From Promethearchaeota archaeon (GTDB taxonomy: Archaea > Asgardarchaeota > Lokiarchaeia > Sigyniarchaeales > SOKP01), in NCBI GenBank assembly GCA_048938445.1, contig JBHLME010000004.1:13976-77975 (forward strand): a stretch of DNA of 64,000 bases, given 5' to 3'. The first letter of the stretch is position 1. Each line of letters opens with the position of its first letter. A program made the translations under genes and the position numbers. Below the pieces are notes generated by a model. The model was given only the letters and a program-made list of their open reading frames with translations, did not search any database and had not been told where the DNA came from. Shown piece by piece: positions 49,675 through 58,357 of the stretch.

Positions 49675-50604
49675 TTAGCCTTTAACAACTTCAATAAGCT
49701 TAGGAAATATCCTAGGATAATGGACTGCCATGCAGTGAACTCCTGCTAATAATTTTTTAGCTTTTAATTCAGTTACAAAAGGTTTTAAGAATTCATAGTT
49801 AGCTTGGTCGTATGCTTCATTTTGATCCTTTTTATCTGTTATTTCTGTTTTTATTTTTTTCCATTTTTCAAGAATATCCTTCGGTACGTCCACCCCTGGA
49901 ACAAACATATCAAATCCTTTTGCAATCGCATAACTTTTCATTGGAAATAAGCCAAGTAAAACAGGAACTTTATATCGAAGGATTGCTCTTAAAAATTCAA
50001 TAGTCTTATCTAGGTCATAAACAACCTGCGTTTGTATGAATTCTGCTCCAGCTTCAGCTTTTCTTCCTATTTTTAAAACTTCAGGTTCCATTGGATCTGA
50101 ATTGGGATTTGCAGCCGCACCAACATGTAGTTTAGGAGGATGATCGATTTCTTTACCATTGATACTCCCAGTATCCACCATCTGTCGTGTGAGTTTTACC
50201 AATGTAGCAGAATCTAGATCAAATACAGGCTTTGATTCGGGCATATCACCCATTCTTGGATGATCTCCAGTAAGAGATAGAACATTATGGATACCTAAAG
50301 CTTCAGCACCCATTATCATTCCCGCAATCCCTAATTTGTTGACGTCTCTTACAGTTAATTGCCAAATACACTCTAAACCTGCGTCTCTCTGGACTATATA
50401 GGATGCAGCTAAACTGTTAATAGTAACGATTCCTAAAGGACTATCTGTCACATTAGCAGCAACCACATAGGGTGCCATATCTTTCGCTTCTTGAACTAAA
50501 TGGGAGAGATTACAAGTTTTCTCGGGTTCAAGCTCTCCGGTGAGGACGAATTCCTTCTTTGCTAATGCTTCACCTAACTTTGAATAAATTTTTGTTTCTA
50601 CCAT
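49675..50604 (-). CDS. metF: methylenetetrahydrofolate reductase
   Basis: GELEP, NVTDSP, TVRDVN, LTGDHP, KAEAGAEFIQTQVVYD. Confidence 0.92.
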   Translation of the reverse strand: MVETKIYSKLGEALAKKEFVLTGELEPEKTCNLSHLVQEAKDMAPYVVAANVTDSPLGIVTINSLAASYIVQRDAGLECIWQLTVRDVNKLGIAGMIMGAEALGIHNVLSLTGDHPRMGDMPESKPVFDLDSATLVKLTRQMVDTGSINGKEIDHPPKLHVGAAANPNSDPMEPEVLKIGRKAEAGAEFIQTQVVYDLDKTIEFLRAILRYKVPVLLGLFPMKSYAIAKGFDMFVPGVDVPKDILEKWKKIKTEITDKKDQNEAYDQANYEFLKPFVTELKAKKLLAGVHCMAVHYPRIFPKLIEVVKG

Positions 50605-50610
50605 TTTTTT

Positions 50611-51276
50611 CTACCTCCATACAACCTCTCTTTGATGTCCTGATTCGCTCCAATCAATAGGCGCTCTCAATTTTGTAAATAAATCCAATTTTTTTAATTC
50701 TTTTAACCTTTCATAAATCAAGATCCATCCACAATCCCGTTCATAATTACCAACCTCGCATTTTCCTCTAACCATTCCACCACAAGGGCCATTCATAAGT
50801 GATTTTGCACAAGTAGTTATTGGACAAATTCCTCCTGTTTCATTTAATAAACATTGACCACAACCCCTACAACGCATATAAAACCTCCCAATCCGTTCAG
50901 TCATTCCCATAAATTCCGTGTTGGTACCGATGAACACAGGAAGTTTAGGATATTTTTTTTCTAGCGCTTTTATAATACTCGCGACTCCAAGTCCACAACT
51001 CAAGGTCAATATCGCATCAGTTTCTTTTAAATCTTCATCAATTTTTCTGAAATCTTTGAGCATTGCTCGATTATCACAGACTTCCTCTGGAATAATAACA
51101 GTCGTAATTTCAAATCCTTTTTCCTCTAATTTTTTTGTCATTTCTGTAGCTCCTTCCGTCCCACCAGTTTGACACATCGCAGCACAGGAGCCACATGAAA
51201 CTATCGCTATTTTATTGGCATTTTTAATGGCTCCAAATATTTCTTCAAAAGGTTTTTTTGTTGTGATTATTGTCAT
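50611..51276 (-). CDS. metV: methylenetetrahydrofolate reductase Fe-S subunit
   Basis: CGSCAAMCQTGG, SCGLGV, CRGCGQC, GGICPITTCAKSLMNGPCGG, CGW..IYERL. Confidence 0.92.
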   Translation of the reverse strand: MTIITTKKPFEEIFGAIKNANKIAIVSCGSCAAMCQTGGTEGATEMTKKLEEKGFEITTVIIPEEVCDNRAMLKDFRKIDEDLKETDAILTLSCGLGVASIIKALEKKYPKLPVFIGTNTEFMGMTERIGRFYMRCRGCGQCLLNETGGICPITTCAKSLMNGPCGGMVRGKCEVGNYERDCGWILIYERLKELKKLDLFTKLRAPIDWSESGHQREVVWR

Positions 51277-51534
51277 TTTAATACCACCTAAATTGATTAA
51301 ATATTACTTTAATTTCAAATTTCGAAATTTTCCTCATCTTCAAAATTAGAAAAATTAATAAAATCCTTGAAGTTATAAAAATAAAATCCATCTTTCATGT
51401 ACATGTATTTTTCTCTATTAATCTCCAATAATCTAATCTTTTCTAATAGATAATTTTTATAATAACTTGGTTTTAACCTCATATTTATAACACCCCTTTT
51501 TACATTTTTCTTAAAAATATTTAAAATCTATTAT

Positions 51535-51711
51535 TTATTCATATGGTATGAAAATATTGTAACCTGTTAAGTCAAATTCTTCAGCTTTTATGGACATATC
51601 ATCTTTATTTTCTCCAATGAGAGGTAATTTAATAACTAATTTTAAATCTTCCATATATAAATTGTTAGAAATTTGTTTTTGTTGTTTTTTAAAACCTAAA
51701 AATTTATTCAT
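51535..51711 (-). CDS. putative small protein
   Basis: 58-aa ORF from the ATG at 51711, 54 nt downstream of the conserved promoter element. Confidence 0.45.
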   Translation of the reverse strand: MNKFLGFKKQQKQISNNLYMEDLKLVIKLPLIGENKDDMSIKAEEFDLTGYNIFIPYE

Positions 51712-51764
51712 TTTTTTACTCACTTTTTTTGAATGATATTCAACAAATATATAATACAATGAAG

Positions 51765-51804
51765 AATATTTAAATATTATGGTTTTTAACCGAACAATGT
51801 TCGA
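51765..51804. promoter_or_regulatory. conserved AATATTTAAATATT...CCGAA-N5-TTCGA element, copy 2
   Basis: AATATTTAAATATTATGGTTTTTAACCGAACAATGTTCGA. Confidence 0.7.
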
Positions 51805-51968
51805 CCAAGAATTTAATAAACAAAATAATCTTCTTATATATATAAAAAAAGAAATAATTAAAGAGTAACATTATAATAGTTTAAAAATTATTGAATTAGA
51901 ATTTCATAGAATTTAATTTGTATCTGATAAATAAAGTATGTTAATCTCATCAAGGATTATATAGAAAG

Positions 51969-53036
51969 GTGGTTAAAATAATAATAAAAATTAAAGAAAA
52001 AGAAGAAAAAGTAATAGTTATCATTTTTTTAATAATTTCATATATTCTTCAATTTTATTTTATATTTTTCTTAAATATAGAGACTGTATATTCTCATTTT
52101 TTTTATATCCCGATTATATTATCTTGTATTTGGTGGAAAAGGAAAGGATTAATAATACCAATTTTATTATCCATTTCAGTAATCATTTTTCCACTATTTA
52201 ATACAACTAATATATTTGATTTTAATATTATCGATAATTTTTTCAGAGCTGTGTTATTGATCGCTATAGGTATTGTTGTAGCTTTTTTAAGTGAAAATAT
52301 TTCTAAGGCAGAACAAAAGACAAAAAAATTAATGAAAGAATTAAAAAGATCTAATGCAGAGTTACAAGAGTTTGCATATATCGCATCTCATGATTTGCAG
52401 GAACCTTTAAGGGCGATAATAAGTTTTTCACAACTTCTAGAAGAAAATTTTGGTGATGAATTGAATTCTGAAGCAAAAGAATATCTTGATTTTATTTTAG
52501 ATGGTGGAATAAGACTAAGGAAGCTGGTCATAGATCTTTTAAATTATTCAAGAATCACTACACATCAAAGACCTTTAGAAATGACCAATTTTGAAAAGGT
52601 ATTACAGGAAGTAAAACTTAATTTACAAGAGGCTATAAAAGAATCTGGAGCGATTATTACTAATGATCCAATGCCTGAATTGAGAGTAGATAGATCCCAA
52701 ATAGTTCAATTATTTCAAAATTTAATTGGAAATGCAATAAAATTTGTTTCTGAAACTAAGCCTAGAATACATGTAGGAGTTAATCAGAATAATTCAGAAT
52801 GGATTTTTTCAATTCAAGATAATGGGATTGGCATTGAAGAAGAATATTTTGAAAAATTATTTAAAATTTTCCAGCGATTGCATACTCGGATGGAATATCC
52901 TGGATCTGGTGTAGGTTTAGCGATCTGTAAAAAAATTGTTGAAAGATATGGAGGTAAAATATGGGTAGAATCTGAAATTGGAAAAGGCTCTATTTTTTAT
53001 TTTACGATCCCCATTTCTCAAAATAATAACTCTTAA
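51969..53036 (+). CDS. membrane sensor histidine kinase (Cph1-like HisKA plus HATPase)
   Basis: N-terminal TM helices; FAYIASHDLQEPLR H-box, NLIGNAIKF, DNGIGI, FQRLH, GSGVGLAICKKIVE. Confidence 0.95.
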   Translation: MVKIIIKIKEKEEKVIVIIFLIISYILQFYFIFFLNIETVYSHFFYIPIILSCIWWKRKGLIIPILLSISVIIFPLFNTTNIFDFNIIDNFFRAVLLIAIGIVVAFLSENISKAEQKTKKLMKELKRSNAELQEFAYIASHDLQEPLRAIISFSQLLEENFGDELNSEAKEYLDFILDGGIRLRKLVIDLLNYSRITTHQRPLEMTNFEKVLQEVKLNLQEAIKESGAIITNDPMPELRVDRSQIVQLFQNLIGNAIKFVSETKPRIHVGVNQNNSEWIFSIQDNGIGIEEEYFEKLFKIFQRLHTRMEYPGSGVGLAICKKIVERYGGKIWVESEIGKGSIFYFTIPISQNNNS

Positions 53037-53094
53037 GATTAAAGATAAATAATTTCATTTAAAGATGATTTCAATAAAGATTTTTAAATAAGAT

Positions 53095-53547
53095 ATGATT
53101 GCTAAAAGTAAAGTAAGATTAGTAGAAATACTACTTGTAGAAGATAATCCAGCAGACGTTCGACTCACCCAAGTTGCTGTAAAAAAAAGTAAAATAGCGA
53201 ATAATTTGCATGTAGTAAGCGACGGAATAGAAGCTATTAATTTTCTTAGAAAGAATGAAAAATACAAAGATAAACCCCGCCCTGATCTCATCCTACTTGA
53301 TTTAAATTTGCCAAAAAAAAATGGATTTGAAGTACTAAAAGAGATTAAGCAAGATGAGAATTTGAGACGAATTCCTGTAGTAATATTAAGTATTTCTGAT
53401 GCTGAGGAAGATTTATTAAAAACATATAACCTATATGCAAATTGTTATATTAAAAAACCAGTAGATATAGTTGAATTTGAAAAGATTGTAAAATCTATCG
53501 GTAATTTTTGGTTTTCAATTGTTATTTTACCTGAAAATGATAAATAA
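53095..53547 (+). CDS. single-domain response regulator (Rcp1-like)
   Basis: ILLVEDNPAD, PDLILLDLNLPKKNG, ANCYIKKP. Confidence 0.95.
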   Translation: MIAKSKVRLVEILLVEDNPADVRLTQVAVKKSKIANNLHVVSDGIEAINFLRKNEKYKDKPRPDLILLDLNLPKKNGFEVLKEIKQDENLRRIPVVILSISDAEEDLLKTYNLYANCYIKKPVDIVEFEKIVKSIGNFWFSIVILPENDK

Positions 53548-53751
53548 TCTCCGTTAAGATGTATTTCAAAAGAAGTATAGAGAAAAAGCCGAATTATTTT
53601 TATATCATAAAAAAAAGTTCGAATTTTATTCAATAAAAATAACTTTAAATCGAAAAATATTTATTTATATTACTCTATTTATATAATAGATATATGAATA
53701 ATTTATGAGTTTTTAAATCAACTAAGATATAGTTTAGACCTGCTGATAATT

Positions 53752-54627
53752 ATGGATAACTTAAAAATCAATATTTTATTAATTGAAGATAATCCTGCGG
53801 ATATACGTCTCATAAAAGAATTGTTGAAAAAATCAAAAGATTTTTCTTATGAACTTGAATCTCATCCCCGACTTGCTGATGGATTGGATATATTAACAAA
53901 AAAAACTTTTGATATACTTCTTTTAGATCTTAGTCTTCCTGATAGTGATAGAACAAAAACCTTGGAATCGGTATTGGAAATAAAAGATAGTGTTCCTATT
54001 ATAATTTTAACAGGATTAGATGAAAAATACTTAGCTTTGGAGTCTCTTAAAAAAGGTGTTCAAGATTATTTAATTAAAGGTGAATTAAATTCCTCGTTAT
54101 TAATTCGATCGATACTATATGCTATTGAAAGGCATAGAATTGAGTATAAAAAGGTAATAAAACCTATTGAAATTACTCCTTTGGATGACAAGGATAAAGA
54201 AATTTTAAATATTTTACAAGAAAATTGTAGGGTTTCTTATAATGAATTAAGCGAAAAAGTCGGATTAGCTGCAAGTACGATACACAATAGAGTTCAAAAA
54301 ATGCAAAAAGATGGAATAATTAATGGATTTCATGCTCAAGTTGATCCTTTCAAAATTGGATTTAAAACTTTAGCCTTATTAGGCCTTTCAATAGATCCTT
54401 TAAAGTTAGATATTGTGGCTAAGAAAATAGCATCATTTGATGAAGTTCAACTAGTTGCTGCAACTACAGGAGACCATGATATTGTAGCGCAAATTATTTC
54501 TAAAAACGAAAAAGAATTATGGAAATTTATCAATACAAAAATAAAAACAATAGAAGGGGTTTATCCTCAACTGCACGTGTCGAGTTTTATCGATACCTTT
54601 AAAATGACTAATAATGTAAAATTTTAG
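53752..54627 (+). CDS. response regulator: receiver domain fused to full Lrp/AsnC regulator
   Basis: LIEDNPAD, LLDLSLPD, QDYLIKG, then LDDKDKEILNILQENCRVSYNELSEKVGLAASTIHNRV and TGDHD RAM domain. Confidence 0.92.
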   Translation: MDNLKINILLIEDNPADIRLIKELLKKSKDFSYELESHPRLADGLDILTKKTFDILLLDLSLPDSDRTKTLESVLEIKDSVPIIILTGLDEKYLALESLKKGVQDYLIKGELNSSLLIRSILYAIERHRIEYKKVIKPIEITPLDDKDKEILNILQENCRVSYNELSEKVGLAASTIHNRVQKMQKDGIINGFHAQVDPFKIGFKTLALLGLSIDPLKLDIVAKKIASFDEVQLVAATTGDHDIVAQIISKNEKELWKFINTKIKTIEGVYPQLHVSSFIDTFKMTNNVKF

Positions 54628-54674
54628 CCTATAAAGAGAAATTACATATAGGTAATTTAAATATTGGTTCTGTT

Positions 54675-54860
54675 TTATAATTTATCGTTTAAAATTTGGT
54701 TTTTTTTTTGAACAGCGTCTATAAAGACTTCGACTTTTTTCTTATTTCTCCAATTATTTAATAATAGTTTTAATTCTGCTTTCTGCAGTTCAATTTCCTT
54801 TTTATTAATTTTTATAGCTTTTTTACTATTTTCATTATATTGAAGATGATGTATCTCCAT
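54675..54860 (-). CDS. small hypothetical protein
   Basis: 61-aa ORF with GAGGTAG SD; lies downstream of promoter element copy 3. Confidence 0.55.
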   Translation of the reverse strand: MEIHHLQYNENSKKAIKINKKEIELQKAELKLLLNNWRNKKKVEVFIDAVQKKNQILNDKL

Positions 54861-54935
54861 TAAATTAATTTCTACCTCTTTTTTTGATATTATTTATAAT
54901 AGAATAGCATTCTTTATTTATAATATGGGCAGAAT

Positions 54936-54975
54936 AATATTTAAATATTTCGGTTAGAGACCGAACTTCATTCGA
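54936..54975. promoter_or_regulatory. conserved AATATTTAAATATT...CCGAA-N5-TTCGA element, copy 3
   Basis: AATATTTAAATATTTCGGTTAGAGACCGAACTTCATTCGA, followed by a second TTTAAATA. Confidence 0.7.
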
Positions 54976-55096
54976 TATATTTAAATATAATGATTCTTAT
55001 GTAATTATTGTAAGAATTGAATTTAACCTAAAAAATCAAAAATATTATTTATGAATAATATTCGATTAACAAAAAAAAATTGAGGTATTTTTAAAA

Positions 55097-55384
55097 ATGA
55101 TAGTAGAAGAAATAAATCTAAATGAGTTTAGAAATAAATTATTAAAAACTCAAGTTGATAAAGCAGCACAAAATCTAATCAAAAAAGCTCTCCCTTTCGA
55201 CGAATTATGTTGGGAACTTGCAGAATTGCAATTAATAATTGACAAAGGTACACATAATTATAATGATCACGAAGTAAGTTCTATGGAAGATAAAATATTT
55301 AATGCTGAGCTTACGTATGAAGAAATTTGCTGGTTAATTGCCTATCTTACAGTTTTTTTAAGAATTCAAAAACTTTATCCATAA
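55097..55384 (+). CDS. small hypothetical protein with internal repeat
   Basis: LPFDELCWELAELQL and LTYEEICWLIAYLTV; GAGGT SD. Confidence 0.75.
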   Translation: MIVEEINLNEFRNKLLKTQVDKAAQNLIKKALPFDELCWELAELQLIIDKGTHNYNDHEVSSMEDKIFNAELTYEEICWLIAYLTVFLRIQKLYP

Positions 55385-55406
55385 TTTAAAATATAAGGTG
55401 AAATAG

Positions 55407-55853
55407 TTGTATAAAAAAATTTTATTTATTACTGATGGTTTAGAAAATGCCACACGGGCAATAGACAAACTTATTGAATTCCATGAAATCTGGGATTCAG
55501 AAATCTTAGTAGTCCACTTTTTAAAGCATAGGATCATAATTCCATTCATGTATCAGTTGAATGCTTCTAAATTGCATACCTACATTCAACAAGAATTTAA
55601 TTATTATGAAATAGGACAAAACATCTTAGATATGACTGAAGATACATTTCAAGCTGCAGGAATTCCTGTAGATTTAAGATTAATTGTTAATGAAAATCCT
55701 GAAGAATTTGTTAAAAAACTAGTAAAAAAACAAAAATTTGATTTAGTTGTTATAGGTGTTCAAGAAATCCATTCAAAAATGGGAGCAGGGCACAATATGT
55801 CAATCAGTAAAAATTTGATAAAAAAAATACCTTGCGATGTTTTAATTGTCTAA
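55407..55853 (+). CDS. universal stress protein (UspA family)
   Basis: YKKILFITDG.E.A..A, FDLVVIG, IPCDVLIV. Confidence 0.9.
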   Translation: MYKKILFITDGLENATRAIDKLIEFHEIWDSEILVVHFLKHRIIIPFMYQLNASKLHTYIQQEFNYYEIGQNILDMTEDTFQAAGIPVDLRLIVNENPEEFVKKLVKKQKFDLVVIGVQEIHSKMGAGHNMSISKNLIKKIPCDVLIV

Positions 55854-55935
55854 TATTATTTCTTTTTTTTTAAATTAAGTACATTAAAGATTAAAATATA
55901 TGTAAAATTGAGTTTTAGTAAATTCATACAATATA

Positions 55936-57837
55936 GTGATTTTTATGATAAATGAAAATTTAAACAGATTTAAGAAAAAAAGAATAAGTATTGAAAATGC
56001 CATACAAAATTTTATTAAACCCGGGGATAGAATCTTTATTGGATCAGGATGTTCAGAACCAATAGATTTCGTTAAAAAATTAATTGATCTTGCCCCTAAA
56101 TTACCAGATATTGAAATTTTGCATCTCGTAAATCTCTCAGATTTAGATTATTATAAAACAGCAGGAGGTAAGGAGGATCTTTTTCGTCATAATACTTTTT
56201 TTATTGGAAATAATTTAAGGGCCCCTATTCAAAAAGGAATGGCAGATTATACACCAATGCTCCTCTCTGACATTCCAAGATTCATTAAGAGAGGAAGAAT
56301 GCATATAAAAACTGCATTATTACAACTTAGTCCACCTGATAAAGAAGGTTTTTGTAGTTATGGGATTAACGTAGATATTGCTAAACCTATAGCAGAAGTG
56401 GCTGATAATGTGATTGCAGAAATAAATCCAAAAATGCCCTATACATTTGGTGATTCTAAGATTCACATGGATGATATCGATGCTTTTGTTGATGCTAATC
56501 ATGATATTGTGGAATTCAATTATAATAAACCTAATGAAAACGCAAAAAAAATAGGTAAATATGTCGCATCTCTTATTGAAGATGAATCAACAATTCAAAC
56601 GGGAATCGGGATAATCCCTAATGTTATTGCTGGTGAATTAGAAGAAAAAAAAGATTTGGGCGTGCATAGCGAAGTATTTTCTGACGGAATTGTCGATCTT
56701 GTCAATAAGGGGGTAATAACATGTGAAAAAAAAACCATTCATAAAGGTAAAATTATTTGTTCTTTTGTAATGGGTTCTAGAAAGCTTTATGATTTCGTGG
56801 ATCAAAATCCGATGGTTGAGTTCTACCCTTGTGATTATTGTAATGATTCTCATATCATAAGCCAAAATAAAAAACAAATAGCAATTAATGCGGCTCTTAC
56901 AGTTGATTTAACGGGACAAGTAAATGCGGATTCTCTTGGACCTTTATTTTATAGCGGTATTGGAGGACAGGTTGATTTTATAAGAGGTGCTGGAAGGTCA
57001 GATGGGGGAAAACCAATTAGTGTTCTGCCAAGTACAGCTACTTTAAGTGATGGAACTGTTGTATCCCGAATTGTTCCATTTCTTCAACAAGGCTCTGGGG
57101 TGGTTATAACTCGAGGAGATGTCCATTATGTAGTAACTGAATGGGGTATTGCTGATTTATTTGGAAAAAATATAAGGGATAGAGTGTTACAGATGATAAA
57201 TATTGCCCATCCAGATTTTAGAGAGGACCTTCTAGAATATGCAAAAAAGTGGAATTATGTATATTCTGATCAAAAACTCCCTAAATCAATTGAGGGGAGG
57301 ATAAGCTTATATCCTGAAAAATATGAGAAGAAATTAAAGCTTTCAGATGGGAGGCTAATAAAAGTAAGACCAATCAAAACCACTGATGAAAGAATGTTAC
57401 AAGAACTCTATTATTCAATGGATAGGAGAGATAGATATCTCAGGTTCTTTACTTTTATGAGTTCATTTGAACATAAAAGAATACAACCCTTAGTCAATAT
57501 TGATTATACAACAAACATGATTTTAGTTGGAGAATATGATGGCGATATTGGAAAAAAACTCATTGCTTCGGCAGGATTTTTCAAAACGCCTGATCCATCA
57601 ACCGCAGAAATAGCTCTGGTTGTAGATGAAAATTGGCGCAATAACAATCTTGCCCAGATTTTTCTCGATTATCTCGTGATTATAGCGAAAGAATTAAATT
57701 ACCGCTTTTTTTCAGGATCGGTTTTAATTGAAAACAAACCAATGATGCATATTATTAACAAAAAATTTGAGCATTATATATCCAGGAAAATTGATGGAGG
57801 AGTTCTTGAATTTAAAATTGATCTTTCAAGAATGTGA
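55936..57837 (+). CDS. acetyl-CoA hydrolase/transferase fused to a C-terminal GNAT domain
   Basis: QTGIG.IP, LGVHSE, SGIGGQVDFIRGA, VVTEWGIA, IAHPDFRE; GNAT region YLRFF...DY...AEIALVV. Confidence 0.92.
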   Translation: MIFMINENLNRFKKKRISIENAIQNFIKPGDRIFIGSGCSEPIDFVKKLIDLAPKLPDIEILHLVNLSDLDYYKTAGGKEDLFRHNTFFIGNNLRAPIQKGMADYTPMLLSDIPRFIKRGRMHIKTALLQLSPPDKEGFCSYGINVDIAKPIAEVADNVIAEINPKMPYTFGDSKIHMDDIDAFVDANHDIVEFNYNKPNENAKKIGKYVASLIEDESTIQTGIGIIPNVIAGELEEKKDLGVHSEVFSDGIVDLVNKGVITCEKKTIHKGKIICSFVMGSRKLYDFVDQNPMVEFYPCDYCNDSHIISQNKKQIAINAALTVDLTGQVNADSLGPLFYSGIGGQVDFIRGAGRSDGGKPISVLPSTATLSDGTVVSRIVPFLQQGSGVVITRGDVHYVVTEWGIADLFGKNIRDRVLQMINIAHPDFREDLLEYAKKWNYVYSDQKLPKSIEGRISLYPEKYEKKLKLSDGRLIKVRPIKTTDERMLQELYYSMDRRDRYLRFFTFMSSFEHKRIQPLVNIDYTTNMILVGEYDGDIGKKLIASAGFFKTPDPSTAEIALVVDENWRNNNLAQIFLDYLVIIAKELNYRFFSGSVLIENKPMMHIINKKFEHYISRKIDGGVLEFKIDLSRM

Positions 57838-57839
57838 AC

Positions 57840-58259
57840 TTAGATAATTTCACGAACGAGATAATAAACATTTTTTGAATTACATTTCACACAATTAATT
57901 TTTTTCTCTTTTGAAGCAGATTCATCTTCCCATTCGTTATTACAGTCAAGACATCCATAACCAACAAAACCTCGTTTAAAATTATAATAACCGCCGTAAA
58001 TCCTAATATCTTTACCCTCGAATAATGCTTTTGTAGTTTTTTGATGTGCGCTCTCTAGAATCCGAGAGAATGTGGGTTGACTGACACCCATTTTTTCAGC
58101 TGCATCCTTTTGCGTTAAATTGACATAATGCTTCAATCGCATTGCTTCAAATTCAGAAAGCGTTAATACAATACTTTTTTCTTTTGAAGGTGTTTCATTT
58201 AAGAAATAACTGTTGTTGGGGGGTTCTGAGACCCATCTATGTCTTATTCTCCTACCCAT
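57840..58259 (-). CDS. DUF134 (UPF0251) HTH protein with C-terminal Cys motif
   Basis: MGRRIRHRWV..PP...F, EFEAMRL, TQKDAAEKMGVSQPTFSRILESA, CLDC..CVKC. Confidence 0.92.
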   Translation of the reverse strand: MGRRIRHRWVSEPPNNSYFLNETPSKEKSIVLTLSEFEAMRLKHYVNLTQKDAAEKMGVSQPTFSRILESAHQKTTKALFEGKDIRIYGGYYNFKRGFVGYGCLDCNNEWEDESASKEKKINCVKCNSKNVYYLVREII

Positions 58260-58303
58260 TCACACCAACCAAAATTGACATAATTATTTATACTAATTAA
58301 TAT

Positions 58304-58344
58304 ATGAATGAATATTCATATTAAGTTTATGATTAATTATTCAA
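58304..58344. promoter_or_regulatory. two TGAAT-N4-ATTCA boxes upstream of the DUF134 gene
   Basis: ATGAATGAATATTCAT (58304-58319) and ATGATTAATTATTCAA (58329-58344). Confidence 0.65.
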
Positions 58345-58357
58345 AATAATTTTATGG

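Noticed and set aside
51790-51804. CGAACAATGTTCG as a Gram-positive LexA (SOS) box
   Set aside because: The spacing is one base shorter than CGAAC-N4-GTTCG, the context is archaeal and no repair genes are adjacent
11900-58344. Repeated palindromes as a CRISPR array or IS ends
   Set aside because: They are dispersed singly or in pairs at promoters, with no regular spacers and no cas or transposase gene
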